Assembly: GCA_965263355.1 (NCBI GenBank)
Contig: CBDHHL010000032.1
Location: 832,001 to 896,000, forward strand
Length of the DNA stretch: 64,000 nucleotides
Origin: Leptolyngbyaceae cyanobacterium
GTDB taxonomy: Bacteria > Cyanobacteriota > Cyanobacteriia > Phormidesmidales > Phormidesmidaceae
Reading direction: 5' to 3'
In this document: positions 25,093 through 35,400 of the stretch, piece by piece
Layout of the letters: each line of letters opens with the position of its first letter
How positions within the stretch are numbered: the stretch's first letter is position 1
Made by a program: the position numbers and the translations under genes
Notes under the pieces: model-generated
Told to the model about the DNA's origin: nothing
What the model saw: the letters and a program-made list of their open reading frames with translations, nothing else
The model's database searches: none

Positions 25093-26358
25093 CTAACCCT
25101 GGGGTGCCTGTGCCAAGCCAATGCCAACATCAGTACCAGGTAGACCCAGGCGCAGCGCATCACGCATTAGCCAGGCCCATAGTTCCATGCCCCGTGCCCC
25201 AGTGGCCTCAGCATAGAGGGCAGCAATCCCAGCTACGTGGGGGGTGGCCATACTAGTACCGCTGATTGACTTGTACCGCTCAGGCATGGGCCATGCGGAG
25301 TAAACACTCACACCAGGTGCAGCAATATCCACCTGGCCACCGTCCAGGTTGACGCTGCCATTAGAGAAGAAGCCCATCTGTAGCTTATTGTCCAGGGCTC
25401 CAACTGCCATTAGGGTAGGCGCATTAGCCGGATAGCCGACGGGATTGATCTGACCATTCTGGCGTCTGCTCTCATTACCTGCAGCGGCAATAATCAGAGA
25501 CCCACGCTGTAACGCTCGCTGGCCTACTTTTTCATAAATGCGTGAGTAGGTGTCCCCTGGACGGGTGGGGGCTCCCAACGACATAGAAATAATTGCGCAG
25601 CCATTATTAACGGCCCATTCAATGCCAGCCAAAATGCCGCTATCGGAACCGGAACCTCGGTTGCTCAGCACCTTACCTGCATAAATGTCAGCATTATAAG
25701 CGACACCATAACGAGGCAGTTCAACGGGATCCATTGGACCGCAGGCAGTACCAATACAGTGGGTGCCGTGGCCATTCTTATCTTGAACGTCTTCACCCAG
25801 AATAAAGGACCGACTGCGAATAATACGGCCAGCAAAGTCGGGATGATTTAGGTCCATGCCTGTATCCAGCACAGCGATCTTAATACCGAGACCGCTACAG
25901 GATGAATCGACCACCTTAGTTGCCTGTAGGCCCCAAGTATTCTGACCGTCCTTAAACTCAGGGGTTTCACCCTTTTGCCCAAGGGGAGGAGCCAGTCCTT
26001 CACTGGGTTCGGCTTGCTCATATAGGTGGCTGGCAGCGTCACTATATCCCCGTAGGTACTCGCTGGATAAACCGACTTGACCGATAGCGTAAACTACCCG
26101 CTCTGGATAAATGGCTAGGTTAGTCATGCGAACGGATTGTGCCTGTTCGGGGTCAAGGGGTACGACAGCTACGCCTAGGTCATCAAATACTGATGCGTTG
26201 GCACTTTCTAATTCTGCTGTGGTAAAAGCATGTTCCTCAAAATCGGCAGCCCTGGCTACACCCTGAATACCAGTAGCGTTGGATAGTGTTTGAATGCCTG
26301 TGCCTAGATCGTCATCAGGTAACAGTACAAGATAGCGCCCTGTGGTTTCGATAGACAT
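25093..26358 (-). CDS. S8 subtilisin-like serine protease, no signal peptide
   Basis: Triad motifs AVLDTG, NGHGTH, SGTSMATPHV and oxyanion AAAGN; likely start MSIETTGRYLV at 26358. Confidence 0.92.
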   Translation of the reverse strand: MSIETTGRYLVLLPDDDLGTGIQTLSNATGIQGVARAADFEEHAFTTAELESANASVFDDLGVAVVPLDPEQAQSVRMTNLAIYPERVVYAIGQVGLSSEYLRGYSDAASHLYEQAEPSEGLAPPLGQKGETPEFKDGQNTWGLQATKVVDSSCSGLGIKIAVLDTGMDLNHPDFAGRIIRSRSFILGEDVQDKNGHGTHCIGTACGPMDPVELPRYGVAYNADIYAGKVLSNRGSGSDSGILAGIEWAVNNGCAIISMSLGAPTRPGDTYSRIYEKVGQRALQRGSLIIAAAGNESRRQNGQINPVGYPANAPTLMAVGALDNKLQMGFFSNGSVNLDGGQVDIAAPGVSVYSAWPMPERYKSISGTSMATPHVAGIAALYAEATGARGMELWAWLMRDALRLGLPGTDVGIGLAQAPQG

Positions 26359-26734
26359 AATTATTCGTTTGATTCTATATAAGTGATCTTGCTTGATGTT
26401 GAGAGTCGATTCACGATGCAATCTGTTACATCGAAGTGCACACCTACCTCCATACAAGGTGCCAAGAAATGATTACGGAACCCATTAAATAAAATCTAAA
26501 TTTAAGAAAGATGCGCATATCTAGCTGAATATGAGACGTTCTTCTAGAAATAGAAGCTAGGATGTAGAAATCAGTGAAGGGCTAATCCCTCACCCGTGAT
26601 TTTTGACTTCTGACTCCTGATTCCCCCTCTTAACGAGCTTTTCTGCTGAAAGGGTATTTTCCTTGTTAAGCAGGATTAATAGTTGTCTGAATTCGCTTCA
26701 CTACTCGCTACCTTATGTTGTTTGCCTCTATTGT

Positions 26735-27334
26735 CTACAACAGGTTTTTGAGATGCTTGATTGTCCATCTCCATTGACGATAGGTCCATCGCAATGCGCG
26801 TTGTGTAAACCACAGATAGAGTCCGGTCAATAGACCCAGCCCCAATGCTAGGTCCCAGCGTTGAACCTTTACAGCGGCTAAGGTCCAGGTGCTTAAACCA
26901 AAGGCGGCACCATAGGCACACAAACTACTCATAATTGCGATCGCACCCTGCCAAAACCCACGACGATTTGCGCTCCAGGTGCCTAAGCTACCGCCAATGA
27001 TCAGGCCCACGATGGCCCCACTGATGGCCCATGTAGGTTGTTGGCCGCTGAGTTGGCCAATGCTGTAAAACAGCAGGAGTGCCATGGAAAATGCACCGCT
27101 CACTAGTCCGGTCAGTCGCTGGGGTATTTGTTGGTAAGGCTGTAGTCCTACAGCGATGCCAGCTACTGCTAAGAATCCGCCCAGGGTTAGGGTCAGGCTC
27201 CATTTTGGGTTGCCAGGGGCCAGATCTACGACACTAAAGACAAGGCTACTCAGGGCATGGAATGTAAAGAGTGCGATCGCAATTAAGCCAAGGGTGTACA
27301 CTGCTGGCTGCCAGTATCGAGAAAGACGGCTCAT
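26735..27334 (-). CDS. Hypothetical multi-pass membrane protein
   Basis: About six hydrophobic Gly-rich segments. Confidence 0.65.
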   Translation of the reverse strand: MSRLSRYWQPAVYTLGLIAIALFTFHALSSLVFSVVDLAPGNPKWSLTLTLGGFLAVAGIAVGLQPYQQIPQRLTGLVSGAFSMALLLFYSIGQLSGQQPTWAISGAIVGLIIGGSLGTWSANRRGFWQGAIAIMSSLCAYGAAFGLSTWTLAAVKVQRWDLALGLGLLTGLYLWFTQRALRWTYRQWRWTIKHLKNLL

Positions 27335-27632
27335 ATTGATGTTTAATGACTTTTTTTGCGTAGCTACAGCCTAACGTAAAGGAATAAAACTGCTGTTTTC
27401 TTATTGTTATTTTTGAGAAGACAATATGTTTATAAACATTAGCTTTGTTTTTAGATGATAGCTTGGGTGACTGGTGTGGAGTTTAAAGATGTTGCTTGGG
27501 GTCCCTCCGTGTTCCCTTTCCGGAAACAACAGTTGTGAAATAAATTGCTTCATGGGTCTTTGACGTGCGAAATTTGGTGTCATGGTGTTGAAGCAACAAC
27601 CTTGGGGGTAAGCTATTTTTCGAGTTGTTGAA

Positions 27633-28580
27633 TTGTTGGATCAAAGGGTTATGTTCCGTTGGTGTCAAATAAGACAATGGTTGCTTTGGGTTGGGGTATT
27701 GATGCCATTGGTTTTCTATGGGGCCAGTAGTTTACGTCGTCCGAGTCGTGCCAACATTGATTCACAACCGTTGTTTCAGGGCATTGTTTACAGTCGGCGG
27801 GTAATGGATCAACCGCGTCCTCAAATTGTTCATATTGTCGATATTGATCTGACAACGCCTGGGTTAAAGCCGTTTGTTCCTCCAGGCTATAAGGAAACAG
27901 CCATAAGCAATCCGATAGAACTGAAAAAATGGGAATCTGTGGCTAAAAAAACATCAGAGGTGATTGAAGCAGAAGGGTTACAGCTGGCGATCAACGCGAA
28001 CTTTTTTTATCCATTTCGAGAAGTGGCCCTATGGAACTATCGTCCCCGGTCTGGGCAGTTGGTTAATATGGCCGGCTTGGGAATCTCTAATGGTAAGATT
28101 GTGTCCCGTGCCAATGACGAACGTCCAGCGCTTTGTTTTGTGGAGCAGCGGGCTATGATTGATAATGCTGGAGCTTGCCCCAAGGCAACACAGCAGGCTG
28201 TTGCTGGCAATTTGATGTTGCTTGACCAGGGTCGGCTCACTCAAAACGTGCAAAATCAAATTACCAATGAAGGGGATAAGCCCTATTCGTTTACCATTAC
28301 GGCGTTAAATGCCGATGGCACACGATTGTGGTTAGTGCTGGTTGATGGTAAACAACCGCTTTACAGTGAGGGGATGACTCTGGCTGAGGTGACAGAATTG
28401 GTGCAAACCCTGGGGGCGGATACGGCATTGCGGTTAGATGGGGGTGGGTCAACGACTGTTGCGATCTCATCTCCCCAAGGCCCCCAGGTATTAAATGTTC
28501 CTATGCATGCCAAAATCCCCAGACAAGAACGCCCCGTAGCAAATCATTTAGGCTTTTTCGCCCAACCATTAACCCCTTAA
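27633..28580 (+). CDS. Phosphodiester glycosidase (NAGPA-like) family protein
   Basis: LAINANFF, VDGKQP.YSEG, ALRLDGGGST, RPVANHLG. Confidence 0.85.
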   Translation: MLDQRVMFRWCQIRQWLLWVGVLMPLVFYGASSLRRPSRANIDSQPLFQGIVYSRRVMDQPRPQIVHIVDIDLTTPGLKPFVPPGYKETAISNPIELKKWESVAKKTSEVIEAEGLQLAINANFFYPFREVALWNYRPRSGQLVNMAGLGISNGKIVSRANDERPALCFVEQRAMIDNAGACPKATQQAVAGNLMLLDQGRLTQNVQNQITNEGDKPYSFTITALNADGTRLWLVLVDGKQPLYSEGMTLAEVTELVQTLGADTALRLDGGGSTTVAISSPQGPQVLNVPMHAKIPRQERPVANHLGFFAQPLTP

Positions 28581-28707
28581 AATTTCCAGTTAAATATAAA
28601 ACACCATTGCCCATTCCCCACCATTAGTTCTTAAAACTTTCTTCAGCCTATTTTTGTTTGCCAATATCTCTTATTACACTGAAGAGTCGTCTAAAAGACT
28701 CAGCCCT

Positions 28708-29244
28708 ATGTTCTTGAAAGTAATCGGTGGTTTGATAACGGCAATATTCGTGGCGTTTATTGCCGGGTTTGCGTTACCCAGTCAGGTGCATGTTGAACGT
28801 AGTTTACTGATCAGTGCTGCCCCAGCGGAAATTTTTCCGTTAGTTAGCGATCTTCATCAGTGGGATGCCTGGTCTCCCTGGGCGGAGATGGATCCTGACG
28901 CCGAGATGACCATTAGTGGTACTGGTGTGGGCCAGACCATGGAATGGCGTAGTGAAGACCCCCAGGTGGGCAATGGTACTCAGGAGATTACAGCGTTGGA
29001 ACCACCTAACCAGATAACCACCCATCTGGAGTTTGGGGATCAGGGTATGGCCGATGCTACATTACAGCTAACGTCTCAGGATGATGGCACTGTAGTCTCC
29101 TGGACATTGGATACCGATATGCGAGCAGGGGTGCCAACGTTGATGCAGCCTATCAGCACGTATTTTGGTTTCTTTATGGATGGCATGATTGGCAAAGACT
29201 ATGAAAAAGGGTTAGGCAACCTGAAGAATCTCGTAGAGAGTTAA
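28708..29244 (+). CDS. SRPBCC/polyketide-cyclase-like protein
   Basis: VHVERSLLISA..IFPLV.DL..W..WSPW, MDGMIGKDYEKGL.NLK; ATG 28708 (MFLKVIGG). Confidence 0.85.
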   Translation: MFLKVIGGLITAIFVAFIAGFALPSQVHVERSLLISAAPAEIFPLVSDLHQWDAWSPWAEMDPDAEMTISGTGVGQTMEWRSEDPQVGNGTQEITALEPPNQITTHLEFGDQGMADATLQLTSQDDGTVVSWTLDTDMRAGVPTLMQPISTYFGFFMDGMIGKDYEKGLGNLKNLVES

Positions 29245-29306
29245 AGAGCAAAACTTTATATTCTCCAAACCCTTTTTTCTAAGAGAGAAGAAGGGCGCTA
29301 GCCTCA

Positions 29307-29335
29307 AAATCCTTCTCCCTGAGGGAGAAGGATTT
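29307..29335. repeat. Cyanobacterial intergenic palindromic repeat
   Basis: AAATCCTTCTCCCT-G-AGGGAGAAGGATTT; related purine/pyrimidine palindromes at ~24503-24522 and 33210-33230. Confidence 0.55.
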
Positions 29336-29575
29336 AGGATATAGACGCTAAAGCGGCTTCTCACAAAGGGAGTAAATCTAAAAGCGTAAGTAAGTCCTTT
29401 TAAGTAATTATCTTCTAAATACAGTTGGCTCAGCCAAGTCGCAGAGGACGTCGCCTGAAATAGTTGCCTGAGCGAAATTGACGCCAACTGACCATAGGAG
29501 GCACTTATGTAAAAGATAAATGTCTTAACTTATGTCAGGGAGTATTTTAGAGTCTAAAAATAACGTCTTAAATGT

Positions 29576-32482
29576 GTGGTGTGCTTTGTTATGACTTGGA
29601 ATAAACTCAAGAAAATATCTGTATATACCGTTTTAGCCCTATTACTATCCCCCACCGTTGTGAATGCCCAGGAAACTGAGCTGACTGAAACGGCTGTAGA
29701 TAACGCAATTGAGCCTCGGGTTGGGGTTGATTTCAATACCCCCCGCAATGGCGATGATGAACGCAGTTTTGGTCGAGTTACCGGCTTTATTCCCCTATGG
29801 CAAACACCTGGAAAGGGGTTAACGTTCCTAGATACCGGCCTCCGCATAAATAGCACAGGTGAACTGGGCGGCACAGTCACTGTCGGGCAACGATTTTTGC
29901 AAGGTGGTGTAGTACTAGGTGGTCACCTTTCCTACGACGTTCGTGATACTGGCAATAATACCTTTAATCAGCTGGGTCTAGGCATCGAGGCCTTTGGCGA
30001 TAAATGGGACGTCCACTTAAATGGCTATTTACCCATCGGCGATACCCAACAGTCAGCCGGGAGTAGCGGTAGTACCAGCCAGGTGACCGATACACAATTC
30101 CAAGGCAATCAACTGGTATTTATTACAACGGGGGGTGGCTCAGACTTTCTAGAAAGTGCTTGGGGTGGTGTTGATTTAGATGCAGGTATACAGCTAATCG
30201 ATTTAGCGGATGGGGGACAACTCTGGGGGTACGGAGGCGTCTATTACCATGGGGATGCCATCGGCGGACGTGTGCGTTTGGATCATCGGATACAGGACCG
30301 AATGCGTTTGGGTCTAGGTGTGCAAAGTGACGATAACTTTGGCACCCAAGGATTCTTTTCTATCGGGTTTAGCTGGGGTGGAGAAAGGAGTGACAGCTCT
30401 GATACGGAGTCACTATGGGCGCGGATATCGGAAAGTGTTACTCGCAATAGTTCCATTGTTGTCAAAGAAAGTGAAGTGGTTACCTCAGTAAGTGGGACTG
30501 AAGTTGCCATTAACCCGGCGACAGGGCAAACCTATTCTTTTCAGCATGTTATTCCTGATTCCACATCCACAGCGGGGGATGGCACGATTGAAAATCCCGC
30601 AGCAAATGCCAATTTAATCAATGCCCAAACCGGTGACATCATCTATGTCCGAGAAGGCGATAGTCGGACCAATCCCCTGGCTCCCTTTACTGTGCCAGCA
30701 GGTGTGATAGCGATTTCAGATGCAAACCTGGAAACCATCGTGACCCAGAACGGGACTGTTACTTTACCGGGTTCAGGAACCGGCATTTTACCCCTGGTGG
30801 ATGCCACAGGTAGCACTGTTGGCATTACGCTCACTGGCAGCAACAACCGCCTCTCTGGGTTTGAGATCACTGGAGCGACCGATGCGAATATCCTTGTCAA
30901 TGGTTCTAATAACGCATTAGTAGAAAACAATTTTAGTCGCGACGATCTAGATGATGGGATTGAGGTCTTTAATTCTAGCAATGTGACAGTGACCAATAAC
31001 ATCTTTAGTAACAGTGGTGACGATGCTATAGATATTGAAAGCTCAGCCAATGCAGTTATTAGCAATAATACGATTAGTGGCAGTGCTGACGATGGCATAG
31101 ATGTCCTCACCTCAGCCAGCCCAGTCATCAGTGGCAACACAATTAGTGATAGCGGCGACGAGGGCATAGTTCTCGAAAGCTCTGACAATGCGTCGATTCA
31201 GAACAATACCATCACTAATGCTTTTGACTCAGGCATTGATCTACTGACATCGGCCAGTGCAACTGTAGATGGCAATGCCATTGATGGGGGTGACTTTGGC
31301 ATATTTGTGGGTGAATCCGACAATGCATCAATTCAGAACAATAGCGTCGCCAATGTTGTATTTTCGGGGGTAGAAATCGCTAATTCAAACAATGTAACTG
31401 TTGCAGGTAACGCAATTAGTAACAGCGATGAGTTCGGTATATTTGTTGATACCTCAGATAGTACTTTGGTCCAAAATAACCAAATTGCTAACAGTACCCT
31501 TTCCGCTATCGAGTTAACCGCTGCAACCAATGCTAGTTTAACTGGCAATACCATCAGTAATAGCGGCAGCGGCGCTATTGTCGCTTTTGACAGTGATACT
31601 ATCACGATTCAAAATAACCAGGTGGCAACCACAGCTACTGACATTAATGGGGATCAAATTGTTGGTGCTATTTTCCTACAGGAAGTTATTGGCACAGTTG
31701 ATATCAGTGGCAATATGATTACTGGCACCACTGGCACCAATGCATTTGATGGTCAGGGGATTACAATCGGCAACTCCACAGGGGATATTGCCCTAACCAT
31801 TGATGACAATGATATTGATAACAATCAAGGCGACGGTGTTAGCATCGTCCTGTTTAATGTATTTACGATTGCACCTTCAGATGCTACGGCTGATATTACC
31901 ATTACCAATAACAGAATTGAAAACAATGGCGTAGCCACTCCTTTACGGGGAGATGGCATCAGGATAGCGGTAGAAGAAGATACTGTTATCAATAGTCTTT
32001 TAATTGAAGACAATACACTGACCAGCAACTTTGATGATGGCATTGATATTAGTCTGGGGCAACTTCAATTTTTAGGGCTAGTTCCCACCATTGCTACTAG
32101 CAATGCTGAGATACTAAATGCGACTATTCGCAATAACACCATTACCAATAGTCAGGATGGGAATGGCATCCTACTACGAAGTTTTGGAGATAATAGCAAC
32201 CTGGTCATATTGGTGGATACTAATACGCTGACTAATAACGCATCGGTTGGTTTCAGTGCGACATCCCTCGATACTGATGGGAATGAAAGCACCCGGCTAT
32301 GTTTAGAACTGACTAATAACAACAGTGATAATGGCTACTCGCTAAACGAAGTAGTGGGTAGTACCTTTACTGTTGTCGATTTAGGGACGGTAGATGGCGA
32401 TAATGCAGGTACGGTCAACTTTAATATATTACCTGCAAACCTTAACTTTGGTGACGTTACAAGTTTGGCTGATTGTCCCTAA
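29576..32482 (+). CDS. Inverse-autotransporter-like protein: N-terminal beta-barrel + parallel beta-helix passenger
   Basis: Signal peptide, barrel strands (FNQLGLGIEAFGDKWDVHLNGYLPIG), then many ~22-aa DGI....S....I.NN.I repeats; very acidic. Confidence 0.8.
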   Translation: MVCFVMTWNKLKKISVYTVLALLLSPTVVNAQETELTETAVDNAIEPRVGVDFNTPRNGDDERSFGRVTGFIPLWQTPGKGLTFLDTGLRINSTGELGGTVTVGQRFLQGGVVLGGHLSYDVRDTGNNTFNQLGLGIEAFGDKWDVHLNGYLPIGDTQQSAGSSGSTSQVTDTQFQGNQLVFITTGGGSDFLESAWGGVDLDAGIQLIDLADGGQLWGYGGVYYHGDAIGGRVRLDHRIQDRMRLGLGVQSDDNFGTQGFFSIGFSWGGERSDSSDTESLWARISESVTRNSSIVVKESEVVTSVSGTEVAINPATGQTYSFQHVIPDSTSTAGDGTIENPAANANLINAQTGDIIYVREGDSRTNPLAPFTVPAGVIAISDANLETIVTQNGTVTLPGSGTGILPLVDATGSTVGITLTGSNNRLSGFEITGATDANILVNGSNNALVENNFSRDDLDDGIEVFNSSNVTVTNNIFSNSGDDAIDIESSANAVISNNTISGSADDGIDVLTSASPVISGNTISDSGDEGIVLESSDNASIQNNTITNAFDSGIDLLTSASATVDGNAIDGGDFGIFVGESDNASIQNNSVANVVFSGVEIANSNNVTVAGNAISNSDEFGIFVDTSDSTLVQNNQIANSTLSAIELTAATNASLTGNTISNSGSGAIVAFDSDTITIQNNQVATTATDINGDQIVGAIFLQEVIGTVDISGNMITGTTGTNAFDGQGITIGNSTGDIALTIDDNDIDNNQGDGVSIVLFNVFTIAPSDATADITITNNRIENNGVATPLRGDGIRIAVEEDTVINSLLIEDNTLTSNFDDGIDISLGQLQFLGLVPTIATSNAEILNATIRNNTITNSQDGNGILLRSFGDNSNLVILVDTNTLTNNASVGFSATSLDTDGNESTRLCLELTNNNSDNGYSLNEVVGSTFTVVDLGTVDGDNAGTVNFNILPANLNFGDVTSLADCP

Positions 32483-32609
32483 GTCCTGGAACGACGCCCC
32501 ATGGGTTAATGTCCAAATAACGTGATTACATTGGGCGTAGCATTTTGCTTATATCATCTGCTCACTGCCGCTCATTATTTGGGATTTTATTTTTGCACAG
32601 GTCCCTAAT

Positions 32610-32655
32610 AAAAAAACTTCCAAATGTTATGACTAGCCCGCACAACATTTGGAAG
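32610..32655 (-). terminator. Intrinsic terminator on the minus strand
   Basis: CTTCCAAATGTT...AACATTTGGAAG stem followed by T7 on the minus strand. Confidence 0.75.
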
Positions 32656-32660
32656 AACAT

Positions 32661-32765
32661 TTAACAGGATATTTGAAATAAGTCTAAATTCCTACAAGCA
32701 CTACTTCGCCCAAAGAGTGCTTGTAAAAGCTGTTTTTCTAGATTTATTTCGGGGGTCGTGTTCAT
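32661..32765 (-). CDS. Candidate 34-aa small ORF (or sRNA)
   Basis: MNTTPEINLEKQLLQALFGRSSACRNLDLFQISC*, lying between a TAGACC-N18-TAAAAT promoter-like site and the terminator. Confidence 0.35.
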   Translation of the reverse strand: MNTTPEINLEKQLLQALFGRSSACRNLDLFQISC

Positions 32766-32846
32766 ACATTAAATTAACTAAATACATTGATGTTCATAAC
32801 CGTAATTTTATCTATTTTGGTGGGAAAAGGTCTATATGACCATGTA

Positions 32847-32953
32847 ATACCAAATCCGAATTTATTAAACCCGATTAAAAATGGACAATCCTGTAGGGAC
32901 AATCCCTTGTGGATGCCCTTCGATACCGGGTGCTATTAGTCAGGATTTCGTAT
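32847..32953. mobile_element. MITE-like 107-bp element with an internal GTAG hairpin
   Basis: Termini ATACCAAATCC / GGATTTCGTAT; partial copies from 44948 and at 52954-53014. Confidence 0.65.
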
Positions 32954-33279
32954 ATGGCGATGATGCACGATCAGTGAGTGGTAAGTAATGGTACGCGTAA
33001 GTGCATGGCCTTGTTTTTTTGGTAAATGAGGTTTTACCGATAACAGCTATCTTGCTAAAGCGTCAGCATGAAAATAATGTACCGTTTTGAAACATGTTTG
33101 AGATCTGCTGTCCCCTTACGTTGGTGAAGCCTGCCCTTCGGGCTTAGGGGGACTTATAGGGGGTTATTGACAGTTAGCATTATCGGTCAAAACCCCTCCG
33201 CCTACGGCACCTCCCCTTAAAAAGGGGAGGAAAGTCTGAAGCATAATTTCAAGCTGGTATTTTATTTGGCTGCTAGCCC

Positions 33280-34377
33280 CTAAGCACTGGTTTTACATTG
33301 TTTTGCTTGGTGATCGATTAACTGCTGTACCTTGACTATGGTCTGGTTAAACTCTGGCCCTTTGCGCTGGGGCATGGTTTCAAATGCTCGCTGTTCGTCT
33401 TCCATCATCAGGACATCTTGCTCTACCAAACCTGCTAGTAAGCCACGGGCGGCATTAAACAGCCGATTTTTTATAAACCGTCGAAACCCCATGGGTAACT
33501 TATGTAATCGATGAAAGGCAGCTAAGGAAACGAAGTGAACCAAATAGGCCTTAGTCTGGGTTTCACTGACAGGGCAAAAGAGACAGTAAATCTTAAAGTC
33601 GCTACCCAGGACAGACTGCCAGTGGGGATAAATATAGCTAACGTCCAGATTAGTGGGGCGTAGCTTACGCATGGCCGGGATAAACAGTTGGCCCACGGAG
33701 TAAATTTTGTCGATTTTGTAATAACTTTCGGCATCGTAGTGGGCATCTACCCGCACTGGACTCGTGTCAATGGCATTGAGCACAGGGTTTGCCCAAGCTT
33801 GTAAGTCATCGTGTAGTCGCCCATGGTACATGTCCATTAGGTTCTCGATCAGAAATGAGAAGTGTGAACGGGTGTCGATCACCGTATAGGAAGCGATGTA
33901 GTTAATATGGTCCCATTCAGGTAATCCCATCAAGGGTACGGTATCTGCATTGTCTGCATCGCCTGGAAATAACCAGATAAAACCATCCTGTTCCTTGACT
34001 GGATAAGTACGCAGACGACAGTTGGGCAGTTTTTGTTGTTTGCTCAAGTAGGGGACATTTACACAGGTACCCGCTGCATCGAACTGCCAGCCATGGTAAA
34101 TACATTCCAACCGATTATCCTGCACCTGACCGTGGCTCAGTCGCACCTGACGATGGGGACAGCGGTCTTCAAGGGCATGGACAGTGTGGTTACTGTCGCG
34201 GTAAAGCACTATCTGCTGATGCCACAGCACTACTCCCAGAGGTTTATCCGTTAACTCGCTACTTTGAGCAACCACATACCAGTGGTTAGGGTTAATGGGG
34301 GCACAACGAATGGCCTCAAGCGATGCAAACGATTGACGAGGTGGGGAAAAAACGGGCTGAACCGTTGAAATATCCAT
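33280..34377 (-). CDS. Rieske non-heme iron oxygenase, CruH-like (synechoxanthin pathway, tentative)
   Basis: DRCPHR..CIYHGW Rieske motif, ENLMDMYHGRLH iron motif; same strand as and near the cruE-like gene. Confidence 0.75.
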   Translation of the reverse strand: MDISTVQPVFSPPRQSFASLEAIRCAPINPNHWYVVAQSSELTDKPLGVVLWHQQIVLYRDSNHTVHALEDRCPHRQVRLSHGQVQDNRLECIYHGWQFDAAGTCVNVPYLSKQQKLPNCRLRTYPVKEQDGFIWLFPGDADNADTVPLMGLPEWDHINYIASYTVIDTRSHFSFLIENLMDMYHGRLHDDLQAWANPVLNAIDTSPVRVDAHYDAESYYKIDKIYSVGQLFIPAMRKLRPTNLDVSYIYPHWQSVLGSDFKIYCLFCPVSETQTKAYLVHFVSLAAFHRLHKLPMGFRRFIKNRLFNAARGLLAGLVEQDVLMMEDEQRAFETMPQRKGPEFNQTIVKVQQLIDHQAKQCKTSA

Positions 34378-34515
34378 GGAGACATCAAGGATTCGGACTA
34401 ATTAGATTACACCCTAACGCGCCAATGCCAGAAGAGAAACCATAAAATGGAAAAATCCGAGGTAAGACAAACGAATGGAATTAGTTAGATAATTGATGAT
34501 CTGTGCGAGGTTGCC

Positions 34516-35400
34516 ATGTCAGTGGATAAATTGATAGTCAAATTAACTCTGACGCTAGGGACTACGGCTCTGCTTAGCTGTCAGTCTCCCGCATCGACAT
34601 CGGTGCCGGTGGAATCATCTGATGTTGGCCCGTCTAATGGCCCGTCTGAAATCACCTTAGCTGATTCGGCAGCTCCGCTTTGGGAAAGTGATTTGAGTCA
34701 GCCTGATTGGATGAACCATTGGCAACCTCGCAATGATAAGTCCTGGGGATTTGATAACTTTGAATTGCTTCCTATGGCTGACGGTCCCTTTGACCATGTG
34801 CTCAGGGTTCACTATCCAGTGGGAACCGCCAGTCCATCGGTCTCACGGCAGACGGATACTCCCCTTGGGGGGGCTCAGTTTTATGGCGACCTGTTTCTCC
34901 CGGCTCGCACCCAGCTACGGCTCAGCTACTATGTTCGTTTTGCTGAAGGGTTTGATTTTGTTAAAGGAGGAAAATTGCCTGGTTTATTTGGTGGTATCGG
35001 GGCCAGCGGTGGCAACGTTCCCGACGGGACCGATGGGTTTTCGGCCCGGCTGATGTGGCGAAAAAATGGTCAGGGTGAAGTGTATGCTTATTTACCCACC
35101 AGTGACGCCCATGGCACGTCCATTGGCCGAGGTGCCTGGCGGTTTCAGTCAGGTATCTGGTACAAGCTAGAGCAAGAAATCAAGCTCAATACCCCCGATC
35201 AGGCAGACGGTGAAATTCGTATTTGGGTGAATGACAACTTGGTGCTTGAACAATCAGAGATTGTCTTTCGGACAGCAAACTCGTTAGAAATTGACGGGAT
35301 ATTTTTCTCCACCTTTTTTGGGGGTGGGGATCCCTCCTGGGCCACCCCTAAAGATACCTACGTTGATTTTGCTAATTTCTCGGTATCGGCAGGAAATTGA
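34516..35400 (+). CDS. Polysaccharide lyase lipoprotein, PL14-like (putative alginate lyase)
   Basis: Lipobox ALLSC; FDFVKGGKLPGL, GFSARLMWR, EVYAYLP, FFSTFFGG. Confidence 0.8.
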   Translation: MSVDKLIVKLTLTLGTTALLSCQSPASTSVPVESSDVGPSNGPSEITLADSAAPLWESDLSQPDWMNHWQPRNDKSWGFDNFELLPMADGPFDHVLRVHYPVGTASPSVSRQTDTPLGGAQFYGDLFLPARTQLRLSYYVRFAEGFDFVKGGKLPGLFGGIGASGGNVPDGTDGFSARLMWRKNGQGEVYAYLPTSDAHGTSIGRGAWRFQSGIWYKLEQEIKLNTPDQADGEIRIWVNDNLVLEQSEIVFRTANSLEIDGIFFSTFFGGGDPSWATPKDTYVDFANFSVSAGN

